Both the position numbers and the translations under genes were made by a program. Shown here piece after piece: positions 1 to 10,866 of a stretch of 64,000 nt of DNA. The first letter of the stretch is position 1, and the number at the start of each line of letters is the position of its first letter. Source of the stretch: Monocercomonoides exilis PA203 (lineage: Eukaryota; Protista; Preaxostyla); assembly GCA_001643675.2 (NCBI GenBank), contig LSRY02000023.1:186001-250000 (forward strand), read 5' to 3'. The notes under the pieces are model-generated. The model made no database searches. It was given only the letters and a program-made list of their open reading frames with translations, and had not been told where the DNA came from.

Positions 1-30
1 CAGTTTTAAAACCTAAGAAACAACACATAA

Positions 31-3000
31 ATGTCTACAAAAGAAGAAAGTTCAGATGATGATGAGGAATCACAACCAATTGAAGAACATGAATACGTAT
101 TGCTTTTGATATTTGATTTTTCTTTAATATGATGGTTTTATACTACAGTATCAGCTATTTCCCACATATATAAATCAGCTTAAAGAAGGAAATGATTTAC
201 TTATCAGAGGAGCTGCTGTTAGTTTGATTGCAATAATTCAGGCTGGTATGATGTTTTTTTAACTAAACATTTTTTCAACACTTAACATGTTCCAATTTAA
301 AAATCATATACAGAGCATAGATTTCTTCCTCTTTTAATTGAAAGTGATATTTTAAAGTTAATTACAGATATTTTACAAACTGATTTAAAAGTGGAAACAA
401 AGGTATTGAATTTTTGAAGATAACCACAAATTAAAAAAAACTTTAAATTTAAAATGATCAATAAGCTGTGCTTAAAAGCACTGCTAATGCATTTAGAGTG
501 TTTTAGTCATCAAGTTCTTGATGATGATAAGACATTTTACGCCTCAGCACTGTCGTCGTGCTCTCAAATGATGGAGGTATGAGAATATTTAATTAATTAA
601 AGCTTGAGATTATTTTTTGACACGTTGCTTCTTATGAAAGTCTCCAAGTGCGGAATTTGCAGAAAAGTCAAAGAATTGTGTGAACAATTTACTGAAAACA
701 CTTATTTCCTCAGATGTTTCACTCGCTCCGAGCGACGAAACGCCTTTCCACAACAAGCTGAGCGACATAGTTGTGGAAAGCGGGCTTATCATCCGTCTGC
801 GCCGCCTTCTGTTCCGCTCGATGCGAGCCAGCAAAGCAGAACAGGCGCCGCTTCCTCTGATTGAGCTCTTGGGGATGGTGATGCTGCTGATACGCGGAGA
901 CATCGATCCTTCGGCGCTGGCGCCGCTGCGCGACCCGCTCAAGGAAATCGAAGAGAAAAGCACAGACTTGGTTGCCCAACCGTATGCGCTCTTCATGCGG
1001 AGGCAGTACCCGGCCCTGAATTCTGACTTGCAGATGGCGGAGCCCACCGCCCCACCGTTTGGCTATTACTCGCAATCAGCTTCTTTTGCAGCACCGCAAT
1101 CACTTCCTCCTTCGTCATCGTCATCTCCATCTCCCTCTCCATCTTCGTCGTCATTGTCTCAACCTCCTCTTCCACAGCTGCAGCACCACAGAGCTGCTTT
1201 AACTTCTCATGCTTCTTCTTCCCCTTCTTCCTCTTCCTCCTCCTCCTCTTCTTCTTCCTCTTCTCTTCCACCACCGCCGTTGTATGCACAGCCGATGAAT
1301 GCGCAGTATGAGCGCTCTCAGAAAAACGAGTCTCAAAGTCGATATCCTCACTCAGCTTCTGACAGAAAGCGGTTCAAACAATCTTTTGCACAAGAACAGG
1401 CAAAGATTGCATCGCCATTCGCTTCTCGACAGTCTGCCGAACAAGCAAATTCTTCTTCCTCTGCTTCTTCTACATCTTCTGCTTCTTCTTCGACTTCTTC
1501 TGCAATGTTGGCAGGACAGACGCCGTTTGTGATGTTTGACAAGAACACCCAAAAGAAGCAGAAGCAGCTGCAGAAAAGACAGCAGCACAAGAGAAAAGCG
1601 CAAAAGGGGGCGAAAGAAGCGAAAACTGGAAAGGAGCAGAAGGCAGAGAAGGATGTTGACAATTTCAGTAACATCAACGATGACTTGTTCGCATTCAACG
1701 AGGCAGACACCACTTCACATACTGGTCGCAATGCTTCTTCGGCGTTTCCTTCATCTTCGTCTTCTTCATCTTCATCTTCTTCTCTTTCAGCTTCTGTTTC
1801 TCCTCCTCTGTCATCCTCTTCCTCCTCCTCCTCTTCTTCCTCTTCTTCCTCCAAAACTCCCTTCTCTTCATCCTCTTTGGACTCTGCATATCGTTCCATT
1901 GCCCGTTCCCTCCGCTTTGTGAAGCCGCCGCGCGAGCAGATTGAGTCTTTTACTGGTCTCCACTGCTTCGAAGTGATCAGCGCCTTCTCAAAGACAGCAG
2001 AAGAGTTCGATGAGGAAGATGAGGAAGAAGAAAGAGAAAGAGAAAGAGAAATAGAAGAAGAAGGAAACAGCACTATAAACAGCATCACAAACAGCCACAA
2101 ATTGAGTTCTGATGCAACTAACCAGAAAGCCAAGCAGCTGACTCTGCCATATTCGTTTGCTGAGCTGCATCTTTCGCTGAAGGCGCTCAGCAACAGTCTG
2201 TCGCAGGCGCCGCTGAGAGTGAGGCGCTCGCTGTTTTCTAACCAGTTCATCACACACTTGGCACGGGTCATTGGAATACTCAATGCGAAGCTGGAGATGC
2301 TGATGGGTGCTGCCAAAGGGAAGGAGGAAGGAGGAAAGAGAGAAGGGAAGGAAGAGAGAAAAGAAGAAGAAGAAGAGAATAGAGAAGAAAGAGGAGAAGG
2401 AAGAAGAGAAGGAAGAGAAGAAAGTGAAGATTCGAAAGAGCAACGGAAGGCGACAGTAGCTGACATTGTGATGGCAGTGGAGATTGTGGCGAATGCTGTG
2501 AAGGAGGACGAGACAGAGACGAGCTGGGAAGAAGCGATCAAGTCTGAGTGCATCCGCTACGTGGCGTCTGCTGTGCGGAAGCTCGATTTCTCCCCTCAGC
2601 TCGCCCATTTGGCGCTGAAGCTGTGTGCCAAAGCGATCCGCCTGGCGACGTCCTTCCACAGCCAGCCAGAGCATGTGAGTCTGCTGGCACAGAGCGGGGC
2701 AGTGGAGATGCTGGTGACGATGATCGATGAACAGCACGTGAAGATGCTCAACTACTCCAAACAGACTGCTGCTGTGTGCGCACTGCAGATGATCCTCACA
2801 GGAGTAGCGAGATATGAGCCACAGCATCTGCCCCACCCGTTCTTCAGCCAAGTTGTAGCACTGAAGGGCGATCAGAGCTTTGCCACGTTCTTCAACATGC
2901 CAGCGGCGACTGTCAGAGACAAGATAAATGCGTCGAATGCGCTGGCGCTGCTGTACCGGAACAAGGAGATTCCGTGGGAATTCCTGCCGATCTTTGCAGA

Positions 3001-3512
3001 GGTGAAGAAGATGGCGAAGGCGTCGACGAATGCAGACTACACGAAGGACCACCTCTTCACGCTGAGGTATCTGGCGCTGAACAGCGGGAACCACGCGTTT
3101 ATTCTGGAAGACCACTTCTTGGAATTCATCGTGACGAAGCTGGACTATGAAGTAGACTCTAAGTTTGGTTACTTAATATTAACTTTTATTTATTTATTTA
3201 TTTATTTATTTATTAATCTTATTGATTCCTTAATGTACTTTTTTCCACATATATATTTCACATATATTGTATTATTTAACAATCTAATATCTTCTTATCT
3301 CCCCTCCCCTCAGAGACACGAATGTGTATGTTGCAGAGGCCGTTCTGAAGATCATGCGCTTTCTGTGCGACAAAGGCGCGGCAGAGACGAAGCAGCAGGT
3401 GAAGGCGGTGCTCACCGAGGCGCTTCTCAACACACTCTCACATGGAGAGAGCAAAGTGCTGTCGCGCGACTCGAATGCGCTGTGGTCGATGCTGTATGCC
3501 CGACAGAAATAA
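31..3512 (+). CDS. ARM/HEAT-repeat-like helical protein with Ser-rich and Glu-rich insertions; 6 exons
   Basis: Manual splicing gives one open frame. Exons are 31-96, 149-245, 314-402, 466-576, 641-3162 and 3314-3512, with GT..AG introns. The protein starts MSTKEESSDDDEESQPIEEHEY and ends ...LWSMLYARQK*. Amphipathic helical segments (e.g. LLAQSGAVEMLVTMI) resemble ARM repeats. Confidence 0.65.
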
Positions 3513-4045
3513 AAGAGAAGATAAGGAGAAGAGAAGGAGAAGAGAAGGAGAAGGAGAGAATGAAGAAGAGAGGAAGAAGAGGGGAAGAAGAGAGAAGACG
3601 AAGAGGAAGAAAGATGAGGAGGAGGGGTGAATGCAGCATATAGAATGGCACACTCTGTTTATATTATAAGTTGTATTTGATACTCTCAATTATTATTCTT
3701 TATTCTGATCTACCCTACTCTTGTTATTTCAGTCTTACTCTATTTTTTTAAAATCGAAAGTGCTTTGATGCTCACTTCATATTGCCATCATCTCATTCGA
3801 TTTGCTATTTATTTTTTTTTTCCCTTCGACTTTTTGAAACCCTGAAGTTGTTGTTGCCTCTCATTTGAGAGAGATCAAGTCTTCGTTCGAAAAGAACAAA
3901 ACAATATGCTTATTTATATCTATGTGAAATGGATGAAATGCTGTGAGTGAAATGCTGCAGGAAATGAGAAGTGAAATTGAACATATGGCTATAAAAGAGA
4001 AATGAATAAATATTGAAATGATGAAGTGGTAATAGAAATACAGTT

Positions 4046-7000
4046 TCAAGTGCTTATCTCTTTCTCTTTCTGCTTGATGTTATCTTTATCTATTCTCTTC
4101 ACTGCAATCCTAACCCGCAGCGGCTTTGTTGTTGGATGAGGAGAAGTCCCAGTGACATCCTTTATCTTTTTGAGCGAAGAGAACAAAGGAGACGAAGGAA
4201 GTACTTTCAATTCACATTCTTGTTTCGATTGCTTCATTTGCTTTGACTGCTGTGTTGGGGATGGAGCTGTTGGCAACTGTACTTTCTCATTTTGTAACTG
4301 CTGTTGCAGAACAGGCTTTTCAGGGTTAATTGAAGTTTTCTTTGGAGTGTTTACTTTTGATCGAGGCGAAGCAAGACGCTTGGACTCAGTTTTCATTCTT
4401 TTCTTTCCAGCAATAAGCGTTTTCTGAAATCTCTTGAAAAGTTTATCATCTCTCGTTGCTTTATATTCTTCGTCATCTTCTTCTTCGTCATCTTCATCAT
4501 CGTCATCGTCATCACTAAAATCATCATCTGACTCATCACGCTTTTTCTTTTTCTTTGCTGCAGTTTTCTTCTTCGAAGGCTCTTCATAATCAGACCCTGA
4601 ATCTGAAACAGGTTCAGCATATTCTGATTCCTCATTTAGATCACTTTCGTCCATCAGCGCCAAATCTGGATCAACAAACTCCTCCTCCTCCTCTTCTCTC
4701 TCTTCCTTTGGTACACTTTTTTGTGGTCTTTTGATCTTCAGCTTGATGATTGTTGAGCGCGGTGTTGGTGTTTGTGACTGAGAAGGAGACAAAGAACGAT
4801 CAGAACTTGATCTTTGTTTGGCTGATTGTTTTGAAGAAGACTTAGCTTTTGCTCCTTTTGTTGGCACAGGAGATTCTGTTTGTGAAGGAGACGGAGACAG
4901 AGAAGGTGATGGAGATGGAGAGAGCGAAGATCGTTTAGCTCTTTTTGGCTTCTCTTTCTTTGGTTTTGATTCGATGTACTCTTCGTTTTCATTGGCCTCA
5001 CACATTTTCAAGAACTCTCTATCGCTCATAACATCTGCATAGCGAACAGCCTTTCTTCTTCTAAGTTCGTGTCCCAGGAATGTGTTCTCATCCTGCTCAA
5101 ATGGATTGCCATACGAAGACGACAAAGCAATGCCATCTCGTATGTACTCTTGTGGCTGTTCAGCAGGCAACTGAAGGAGTGGCTGAAGCCAGTCAGGCAC
5201 TTGTGATGTCTTGACATATAGCCGAGATGGAAGCTTAGATGAATTTCCAGAAGAAGACGAGGAAGAAGGCGAAGTGCTTGTAGTCTGCAAAGAACTTCCC
5301 TTTGAAGCGTCTGAAACAGCAGCTGAACTCAACGATGCAGTTGAAGTGGATGGTGTGATTGAAGTTGTGGTTGATGTTGATGACGAAATTGATGATGCTT
5401 TCATTGACGGAGATTGTCCTGCAACAGAATCTGTTTCTGTTTTATTCTGCATCTTTTCTTCCAAGCACTTCTTTTCCCATTCTGCATATCTTTCTTCATC
5501 CATTTTTGCAAACAGCTCCAGTTCTTCATCCGAGCGTGCAATCATCTTATTGATTTCTGCATCTGAAGGAATGTTAAACCTTTGCATTCTTTCTTCCTCG
5601 TCTTCTTCATCGTCATCGTTCTCGTCATTTGAATGTTCCGTTTGCTTTTTCTCAGAATCATTCGAAGCCTTTTGTGCTTCCTCGCTCTTTTCTTTCCGCA
5701 TAGCTGTCTTTTCATACAAAATCTCAAGCATCGCTTTCTTTCTCTCTTCCGCTGTGTCTGTTGTGTTAAATTTCCCTGCCTGAATAACTTGCCGATCAAC
5801 ATCCAGTTTGTACTGAGCTCTTTCATAAATACGCGCCTCAATTGGCGCAATTGACAGGAGCTTAAGCACAACGACTTCTGCCTGCTGCCCAATACGATGT
5901 GCTCTGTCCTGTGCCTGAAGATCCATAAATGGATTCCAGTCTGAATCAAAAAGGATTACAGTGTCTGCTGCTTGCAGGTTGAGACCCTGCCCACCAGCTC
6001 TTGTAGACAGAAGAAAGATGAAGATAGAAGGATCTGAGTTGAACTGGTTGAGGAGGAGTTCTCTATCCTTTGAGTGTCCATCAAGACGGATGTGGGAAAA
6101 TCCACGCATCGAAAAGAACGATTGCAGAATGTCCATCACATGCGTCATCTGAGAGAAAATGAGGCATCTGTGGTTGCTTGCCTTGAACTTCGGGAGAATA
6201 CGATCCAATAGTTCGAATTTTCCAGAAGATCTCCATATGGAGTCATCAACAGGAGCGCCAGTCAGAAATAGATAAGGATGATTGCACACTTTCCTCAGCT
6301 GCATAATAGTGTTCGATAGGCCTCTCTTCGCAACATGCCCTGATGTCGCAGATATCTCCACTGCTCCTTCACGTTGGGTTCTTTCGTACAATCGGCGCTG
6401 TATCAAAGATAAGTCGCATTTCACAACTCTTTCAAGTTTTGGAGGAAGCTCCTTTTCGACTTCTCGTTTTAATCGTCTCAACAGAAACGGTCGCAGCACC
6501 TGATGCAGCCTGTTAACCACCAAAAGACGCTCTTCTTCTGTTACATCCATCTTTTCGCCTGGAGCCGAGTCAAATGGTGCTGAGAACCACTGCTCAAAGG
6601 ACTCAACTGAATTGAAGATAGTCGGAAGCAGAAAGTTTAGCAGAGACCAAAGCTCAGGCAGGTTGTTCTGAAGAGGTGTTCCAGTCAAAATCAGTCTGTG
6701 CTTTGACTTGAAAGAGCCAAGGGATTGAACAAACTTGCAGCGAGAGTTTTTCATTCTGTGACCTTCATCGACAACAATGTAGTTCCACTTGATTCGCATC
6801 AGTCTTGTTCGATCGCTCATGACGTACTCATAAGTTGTGAGGCAGACATCGAATCGTGTGCCCTTCAGCGCTGACTGCCAGGCATACTGCCTGATCTCCT
6901 TTGGCCCCTTATATGTGATCACTCTGATGCATGGCGCCCACTGTTCAAATTCTCTTTCCCAGTTTGAGATTGTTGATAAAGGCGCAATGATAAGAAACGG

Positions 7001-8335
7001 TCCTCTATTTCCCTTTGATTCGATCAAATAGCACAAAAGAGAAATCGTCTGTATTGTCTTGCCCAACCCCATTTCATCAGCAAGAATTCCATTCAGGTTA
7101 TTGTTGTAAAGTGACACAAGCCATTGAAGGCCTTTCATCTGATACTCTTTTAACACACCTCCTCGAAGAATTTTTGGCTGTGTCAGCACAGATTCATTGA
7201 CTGTGTGTGCAATTGTGTAATAAAAATCCCGCGACTCAAGCAGATGCCTTGCTGTTGAACTCAAATTACTAGAAGAAAGCTCCGGCTGTTGTTCTTCCGC
7301 TTCAATTGGGACGTCTTCAAATCCCATTAACTTTTTCTCTCTTTCTTCCATTTCTTCCTGTGATAGCCCTTCAAATGGAATAAATTCCACTTCTTTTCTT
7401 TCTTTCTTTGCTTCCTTTCTTGTTTCATCTTTATGCTCCATAACTCGAACGCAAACTTGATCAAGAAATTTTTCGGTCTCGCTCAAAATATGCATCAATC
7501 TCGAATTCTTGCTTTCTTGAACATATTCAATGTATTTTTCCATATCATTTTCTTTCAATGCTTTTAGCCTATTTTTCTCTTTCTTTTCTTGTTGAGCACT
7601 TCGTAATTGCTCCTGCTTCTGGAAATGAGTTGAAAGAGAAAATATTAATTTGGCCTGCATCTGCTTTTCTTTATCCCTTTGAATAAATATGTCTCGTATT
7701 TCTTTCGTTGCAGAACGTATGTAAGATCCAAATGCAAGTCTATCCACATCTCGCGGAATTGATCTTTGAATAGATTTGGTTGCGGTTGAAATGTTTTCTC
7801 CATACTTTGCGTTGAAGCGCATTGTGGTTCTTTCTATTCGATCAAGGATTGCTGTTTTCAGCAATTTTTGTGTTCCTTTCAACAAATCTTGACTCTGCAA
7901 TTTTTTAGGAAAGCCATTTTGGAACATTTGCTCACTTGAATATATTGACGCTAATGGAACGGAACGCACAAAAGCAGTAAGATCATTTTTCACAATTTTT
8001 GGAGTTGGAAGAGTTCCGTTCATCCATGCATTTTGAGAACCAAATGAATTTGCAATAAGTTCATGTGAAGGTGGAATTTTTGCATTTTGAAGTTGTAACA
8101 AAGTTTGCTCTGCATGCATTTGTTGATTGCATGGTAATTTTCCAGACCCAAACCTTCTGTCGCATTTGAAATTTGCAGCTATTGCAGAACTTGCAATCAT
8201 TTCTAAAGATGATACTGTAGATGCATCAAATCTCTCTTTATGTGCATTAATATACGACAAATCAGAAAAAATGGCTTTCAACACTTCAGGGTCACGGGTC
8301 CAAGGAGGGGCCTGGAAAGAATTTTGATTTTGCAT
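4046..8335 (-). CDS. SNF2: SWI2/SNF2-family chromatin-remodelling ATPase (BRM/BRG1/Sth1 subfamily), intronless
   Basis: Motifs NGILADEMGLGKTIQT, DEGH, TGTPLQNNL, STRAGGQGLNLQ and QAQDRAHRIGQ are present, plus an HSA-like segment (RLKALKENDMEKY) and a post-ATPase IARSDEELELFAKMDEER segment. Confidence 0.95.
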   Translation of the reverse strand: MQNQNSFQAPPWTRDPEVLKAIFSDLSYINAHKERFDASTVSSLEMIASSAIAANFKCDRRFGSGKLPCNQQMHAEQTLLQLQNAKIPPSHELIANSFGSQNAWMNGTLPTPKIVKNDLTAFVRSVPLASIYSSEQMFQNGFPKKLQSQDLLKGTQKLLKTAILDRIERTTMRFNAKYGENISTATKSIQRSIPRDVDRLAFGSYIRSATKEIRDIFIQRDKEKQMQAKLIFSLSTHFQKQEQLRSAQQEKKEKNRLKALKENDMEKYIEYVQESKNSRLMHILSETEKFLDQVCVRVMEHKDETRKEAKKERKEVEFIPFEGLSQEEMEEREKKLMGFEDVPIEAEEQQPELSSSNLSSTARHLLESRDFYYTIAHTVNESVLTQPKILRGGVLKEYQMKGLQWLVSLYNNNLNGILADEMGLGKTIQTISLLCYLIESKGNRGPFLIIAPLSTISNWEREFEQWAPCIRVITYKGPKEIRQYAWQSALKGTRFDVCLTTYEYVMSDRTRLMRIKWNYIVVDEGHRMKNSRCKFVQSLGSFKSKHRLILTGTPLQNNLPELWSLLNFLLPTIFNSVESFEQWFSAPFDSAPGEKMDVTEEERLLVVNRLHQVLRPFLLRRLKREVEKELPPKLERVVKCDLSLIQRRLYERTQREGAVEISATSGHVAKRGLSNTIMQLRKVCNHPYLFLTGAPVDDSIWRSSGKFELLDRILPKFKASNHRCLIFSQMTHVMDILQSFFSMRGFSHIRLDGHSKDRELLLNQFNSDPSIFIFLLSTRAGGQGLNLQAADTVILFDSDWNPFMDLQAQDRAHRIGQQAEVVVLKLLSIAPIEARIYERAQYKLDVDRQVIQAGKFNTTDTAEERKKAMLEILYEKTAMRKEKSEEAQKASNDSEKKQTEHSNDENDDDEEDEEERMQRFNIPSDAEINKMIARSDEELELFAKMDEERYAEWEKKCLEEKMQNKTETDSVAGQSPSMKASSISSSTSTTTSITPSTSTASLSSAAVSDASKGSSLQTTSTSPSSSSSSGNSSKLPSRLYVKTSQVPDWLQPLLQLPAEQPQEYIRDGIALSSSYGNPFEQDENTFLGHELRRRKAVRYADVMSDREFLKMCEANENEEYIESKPKKEKPKRAKRSSLSPSPSPSLSPSPSQTESPVPTKGAKAKSSSKQSAKQRSSSDRSLSPSQSQTPTPRSTIIKLKIKRPQKSVPKEEREEEEEEFVDPDLALMDESDLNEESEYAEPVSDSGSDYEEPSKKKTAAKKKKKRDESDDDFSDDDDDDEDDEEEDDEEYKATRDDKLFKRFQKTLIAGKKRMKTESKRLASPRSKVNTPKKTSINPEKPVLQQQLQNEKVQLPTAPSPTQQSKQMKQSKQECELKVLPSSPLFSSLKKIKDVTGTSPHPTTKPLRVRIAVKRIDKDNIKQKEKEIST

Positions 8336-8439
8336 CTATTTTTATAATGGTCAAAATATTTTCCTGATTTTAAAAATTTTTAAGGTTCAATTGATTAATT
8401 TTACCATCATAAAAATAATAAAAATTATTTTGTTGAATA

Positions 8440-9319
8440 ATGTCTTTTTATGAGACTTCTGTAGGTTCTTTACCATATATCGATGAAGCTCCAAAAAAAG
8501 AACCTATTAAATCACAGATTGATGCGTTAATAGCCGAGGAATTATCATCAATAAAAAAGAAAGAACCATCTGAGTTATTTTCTCAAACTATCTTTGAAGA
8601 TTTAAAGGTGTGCCTGATAACTTATTTCATTCATGCGTCAGAATATCTTTTTTAAAAGAAATACGACGAGGACATTAAAAATGCTGAGAAAAGAATGGAA
8701 TCAGGCAGCATATGTTCTGAAAGTAATATAGACAACACTGATTTACAAAAATTATCGATTAATGAATTACAGCAAAAGCTTGAAATTACAAATGTGGAAA
8801 TTGAGCATCAACATAACAAGTTTGCTTTGATTTTTTTTCAAATCGTGTTTGCTGAAAAATTGTCTGTTGAAGGCTGATGAATCTCTTCCTATTTTCAAAA
8901 TACGGGAAAAAGAAAATAGAAGTTTCACAGAAATTATATGAAGCAGATATTGAAAAGTTTGCTTTGCAAATTTGCCTTTATTCCAGCAAATATTATTCTA
9001 CCCATTTAATTATAAAAAAAATTTTTTTTTAAAATTTGCAGGAAAGAAGCAGAAGTGAAATCTTTAAATGAAGAAATATCAAGCATACATCGAAACAGAA
9101 AGACAGAGCAACTTGCTACGGGAGAAAAACTTAAAGCGCTTAACGATGAATATTTTGAAACGATAAAGAAAAATTTGGATATTGAAAAAAGTTGTGAAAA
9201 GCTTGAACTTGAGGTATTGTAAAGCTCATTTTTATTCAAAAATTTAATAAATGTGTTTCATTTAGTTGAAGGAGCTTGAAGAAGCTGCTGTTAAACGAGG
9301 CATATCAATCCCTGTTTAA
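8440..9319 (+). CDS. SPF27: Pre-mRNA splicing factor SPF27/BCAS2 (Prp19 complex), multi-exon
   Basis: N-terminal SLPYID motif and IDALIAEE. Coiled-coil exons read EISSIHRNRKTEQLATGEKLKALNDEY...NLDIEKSCEKLE. Several short introns; stop TAA at 9317-9319. Confidence 0.8.
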
Positions 9320-10866
9320 TTTTGAATATCTTCTTCCACAAATAATTCATTTCACATTTCATTTTTTAATGTGTATTTTTTTTCAAATTATTAAAAAGAA
9401 TGAAATTTCAAATTTACTCATTTGCTAGCTTCTTTTTTGATTTATGAGCATGAACTGAGGCAGCTGTGATGAAGAAGCACCAAATCTTTACTCAACAGAA
9501 AATTAGTTTCCACTCCAGCAAAAGAAATAAAGCTGTTTGGGTGCGCATCTGCAATGTTGTTATGAAAGACGGAAATGCTTCACAGAAAACAATAGAATTT
9601 GACGATGTGAACAAGAAACATAATAAAAAAAACGAAGCAAATGCAATGAAAAAAAGAAAGATAATATAAGAACAATGAGGAAAAAGTGAGAAAGAAAGAA
9701 AATGAAAAAGAAATAGAAAAAGCACTTAGAAAGAAGGGTCAAGCATTGTCAGATATTAACTTTGCGATATGAGCTGATTTCCTTCACTCCAGAATCAAAC
9801 CAAAGAGTCAAAGAAACACAGCAATGTTTTAACTTAATTTTTTTAAAGAGAAAATGAAAACAGCAAAAACATTGAAAAAAATAAACAAGAAATGAAAATC
9901 AAAAGCAATACGATACAAGCAGTTATTCATTCTGTATAAATGAGAGATTACAGAAAGGATAAGAAAAGACAGAAACATCAAAGTGAAGAAAATAAAAATA
10001 AATAAATAAAGAAAGAAAGAAAAAAAGAAAAGAAAAGAAAGTACAAAATGAAATAACAGAGCACATTTTATAACGCAATTGTCGCACATTTGGATAGGCG
10101 AACACTCCATTGGACACATCATTCCATCTTTAATGACACAAATGATGATGAATAAAGATTGAAACACTGCATTAACAACAAGGAATAAAAGACAGCAAAT
10201 AAATTGTTGTTTGCACATTGACAATTTTGAAAGGCAGCTGAAAAAATGTCTATAAAATTTGCTGTCTAAAAAAAAAAGGTATCGAAACGTGAGCTGATAT
10301 GAAGACAGTTGTAAAATAGTGAAGCAATTCAAAGAAAAAGATAAAGTTAAAAAAAAAAGAATGGATGGGAAAGAAAGTACGTAGGATAAGAAGAGGGAAA
10401 AGAAGAATCAGAGTTAAAGTTCATTATAATGTCAAGAAGAAAAGATAACGTGAAAAGAGAGAGAGAGAAAGAGAAAGAGAAAGAACCAAAACCAAATCAA
10501 TTTATGCAAAGTAAACTCAACAAAATATACAACCAATCGTTTTATTGAAACCAAAATAATACAAAAACAAGAAGAGAAACTGCTGACGTGTCCAATGAAA
10601 TGCTACAACTTATCGTTTAAAACGTAATTTTGTCTCATTCTTCATTCAATCTTGCCTTTCTTCCTTTTGTCTGATTGCAATCTGAATGTTTTCGTCTGCC
10701 CTCCTTTTGGCCTATCCACTTTTCATTCGCTCTTCACAGCATCGTCCTTTGCTCCCTCACAAATATGACTCTCTCTTCATTCCTCTGCCCTTCTTCTTCA
10801 TTCCTCCATCGCGCTAAATGTTGCCCATGCAACACTTCACGTCTTCTTCATAATTTTCTTCATCGC

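Noticed and set aside
3163-3643. Hydrophobic 'TM' segment and Arg/Glu tail at the end of ORF 680-3643
   Set aside because: This is read-through of an AT-rich intron (3163-3313). The real last exon is in another frame and ends at 3512.
9466-10332. Phe/Leu-rich ORFs resembling membrane proteins
   Set aside because: They are translations of A/T-rich intergenic or UTR sequence with no coding signature.
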